In this document: piece after piece, positions 61,469 to 64,000 of the stretch | Position numbering within the stretch: position 1 is the first letter of the stretch | How the letters are laid out: each line of letters begins with the position of its first letter | Origin: Malacoraja senta | Lineage: Eukaryota | DNA length: 64,000 nt | NCBI GenBank assembly: GCA_038087875.1 | Contig: CM075995.1 | Coordinates: 558,001 to 622,000 of the forward strand | Direction of reading: 5' to 3' | Made by a program: the position numbers and the translations under genes | Notes under the pieces: model-generated | Told to the model about the DNA's origin: nothing | The model's input: only the letters and a program-made list of their open reading frames with translations | Database searches by the model: none

Positions 61469-61915
61469 AGGGGCTGTCCTAATTCGTGAGTTTAGAAGAG
61501 TTGAGGAGTTTTTTAAAATGTCATGTTGAAGACCTCCTTCGACTATGTAGACCTCCTTCGACTATGTTGAAGACTAGTTACGACTAGCTTCGGGAAATTG
61601 GACTCCGAATAGTGGAGAGTGAAGACGACCTCCTTCGACTATGTTGAAGACTATCTACGACTACCTTCGACTATCCTCGATTACCTACGACTAACATGCC
61701 GACCTACTACGACCTACTTCGACTAAACCTCCGAGTAAAAAAAGTATCGATTGTTTCCATGGTGACCTTTTTTTAAAAAACTCGCGGGCATTTTTCAGCA
61801 CGTTGAAAAATATACGGCGCAACCTAGCTGAGGCCTCGAGTACGCTCGAGCATGAAGGAGTTACAAAGACCTTCTAGGACCTCGTGTCGACCATGTTGCG
61901 AGTACGAGTCGAGGG
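61469..61915. mobile_element. Probable non-autonomous DNA transposon with internal (CGACTA/CGACCT) micro-repeats, cut off by the CR1 at about 61918
   Basis: Starts GGGGCTGTCC like the 47587 TIR; CpG-rich; repeated gacctccttcgactatgt. Confidence 0.55.
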
Positions 61916-61917
61916 AA

Positions 61918-64000
61918 CTAAATGTAGGGGAGAAAGAAGAAAAAGTTAATAAACAGAGAATAAGTGGTGGTGGGTTTCTTAAATGTGTATATTTTAATGC
62001 TAGGAGCATTGTAAGAAAGGTGGATGAGCTTAGAGTCTGGATTGACACCTGGAAGTATGATGTTGTGGCGATCAGTGAAACATGGTTGCAGAAGGGCTGT
62101 GATTGGAAACTAAATATACCAGGATTTCGTTGCTTCAGGGGTGATAGAATTGGAGGGGCAAGAGGTAGAGGTGTTGCATTGCTTGTCAAGGAAGATATTG
62201 CAGCAGTGCTTTGGCAGGATAGATTAGAGGGCTCGTCTACGGAGGCTATTTGGGAAATGGGAAAGGTGTAGCAACACTTATAGGGGTGTATTATAGACCG
62301 CCAAATGGGGAGCGGGAATTGGAAGAGCAAATATGTAAGGAGATAGCAGATATTAGTAGTAAGCACAAGGTAGTGATTGTGGGAGATTTCAATTTTCCAC
62401 ACATAGACTGGGAAACACATTCTGTAAAAGGGCTGGATGGTTTGGAGTTTGTAAAATGTGTGCAGGATAGTTTTTTGCAGCAATACATAGAGGTACCTAC
62501 AAGAGAAGGGGTAGTGCTGGACCTCCTGTTAGGAAATGAGACAGGGCAGGTGGCGGAGGTAAGCGTCGGGGAGCACTTCGGGTTCAGTGATCACAATACC
62601 ATTAGTTTCAATATAATTATGGAGAGGGTCAGAACTGGACCTAGGGTTGAGATTTTTGATTGGAGAAAGGCTAACTTTGAGGAGATGCGAAAGGGTTTAA
62701 AAGGAGTGAATTAGGACATGTTGTTTTATGGATGTAGAAGAGAAATGGAGGACATTTAAAGGTGAAATGTTAAGTACAGAATCTTTATGTCCCTGTTCGG
62801 TTGAAAGGAAATAGTAAAAATTGGAAAGAGCTATGGTTTTCAAGGGAAATTGGACACTTGGTTCGGAAAAAGAGAGAGATCTATAATAATTATAGGCAGC
62901 ATGGAGTAAATGAGGTGCTTGAGGAGTATAAAGAAAGTAAAAAGAATATTAAGAAAGAAATTAGAAAAGCTAAAAGAAGATATGAGGTTGCTTTGGCAAG
63001 TAAGGTGAAAGTAAATCCAAAGGGTTTCTACAGCTATATTAATAGCAAAAGGATAACAAGGAATAAAATTGGTCCATTAGAGAGTCAGAGTGGACAGCTA
63101 TCTGCAGAGCCAAAAGAGATGGGGGAGATATTGAACAATTTCTTTTCTTCGGTATTCACCAAGGAGAAGGATATGGAATTAGGTGAGGTAAGGGAAACAA
63201 GCAGAGTAGCAATGGAAACTATGAGATTCAAAGATGAGGAGGTGCGGACACTTTTGAAAAATATGAAAACGGATAAGTCTCCAGGTCCTGACAGGATATT
63301 CCCGAGGACATTGAGGGAAGTTAGTGTAGAAATAGCAGGGGCTATGACAGAAATATTTCAAATGTCATTAGAAACGGGAATAGTGCCGGAGGATTGGCGT
63401 ACTGCGCATGTTGTTCCGTTGTTTAAAAAGGGTTCTAAGAGTAAACCTAGCAATTATAGACCTGTTAGTTTGACGTCAGTGGTGGGCAAATTAATGGAAA
63501 GGATACTTAAAGATAATATATATACGCATCTAGATAAGCAGGGTCTGATTAGGAACAGTCAACATGGATTTGTGCCTGGAAGGTCATGTTTGACTAATCT
63601 TCTAGAATTTTTCGAAGAGGTTACTAGGGAAATTGATGAGGGTAAAGCAGTGGATGTTGTCTATATGGACTTCAGTAAGGCCTTTGACAAGGTTCCTCAT
63701 GGAAGGTTGGCTAAGAAGATTAAATTGTTGGGTATTAATGGTGGAGTAGCAAGATGGATTCAACAGTGGCTGAATGGGAGATGCCAGAGAGTAATGGTGG
63801 ATGGTTGTTTGTCAGGTTGGAGGCCGGTGACTAGTGGGGTGCCTCAGGGGTCTGTGTTGGGTCCACTGTTGTTTGTCATGTACATCAATGATCTGGATGA
63901 TGGTGTGGAAAATTGGATTAGTATGTATGCAGATGATACTAAGATAGGTGGTGTGGTGGATAATGAAGTCGATTTTCAAAGTCTATAGAGAGATTTAGGC
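61918..64000 (+). mobile_element. CR1/HER1-like LINE ORF2 (APE endonuclease + RT), running off the window
   Basis: YFNARSI..K.DEL; ISETWL; GDFNFPHIDW; SDHN; KSPGPD; NYRPVSLTS; QHGF; [11 protein letters not shown]; YADDTK; a few frameshifts. Confidence 0.95.

Noticed and set aside
62801-63988. 395-aa ORF as a host gene
   Set aside because: It is CR1 LINE ORF2 (RT), antisense within FAM8A1 intron 1, with frameshifts upstream

Overview
This is eukaryotic, repeat-rich vertebrate DNA. The repeat content (HE1/V-SINE-like SINEs, HER1/CR1 LINEs, Penelope-like and Rex1/Babar elements) points to a cartilaginous fish, probably a skate or ray (inference). Two spliced protein-coding genes can be reconstructed by hand. 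(1) NUP153: coding exons 1-11 lie on the MINUS strand from a CpG-island ATG at 29677 leftwards to 1600. The last two FG-repeat exons (ending GRKIKTAVRRKK*) lie on the PLUS strand at 30911-33311, on the other side of a 200-N gap, so the two halves point in opposite directions, most likely because of a mis-oriented contig. (2) FAM8A1: exons 2-5 on the minus strand (61030 to 45412), tail-to-tail with the NUP153 3' end. FAM8A1 intron 2 carries a structurally complete but ORF-decayed DIRS1-type tyrosine-recombinase retrotransposon (51783-56768: ITRs, ICR, gag-like/RT/RNase H/adenine-methyltransferase/YR). It recombined into a CR1 LINE through a shared ATT core. Many short Penelope-derived repeats carry a minimal hammerhead-ribozyme core and often occur as inverted pairs. 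No rRNA, genuine tRNA or CRISPR array was seen. Repeat boundaries are approximate. Exon and DIRS junction coordinates were read base by base.
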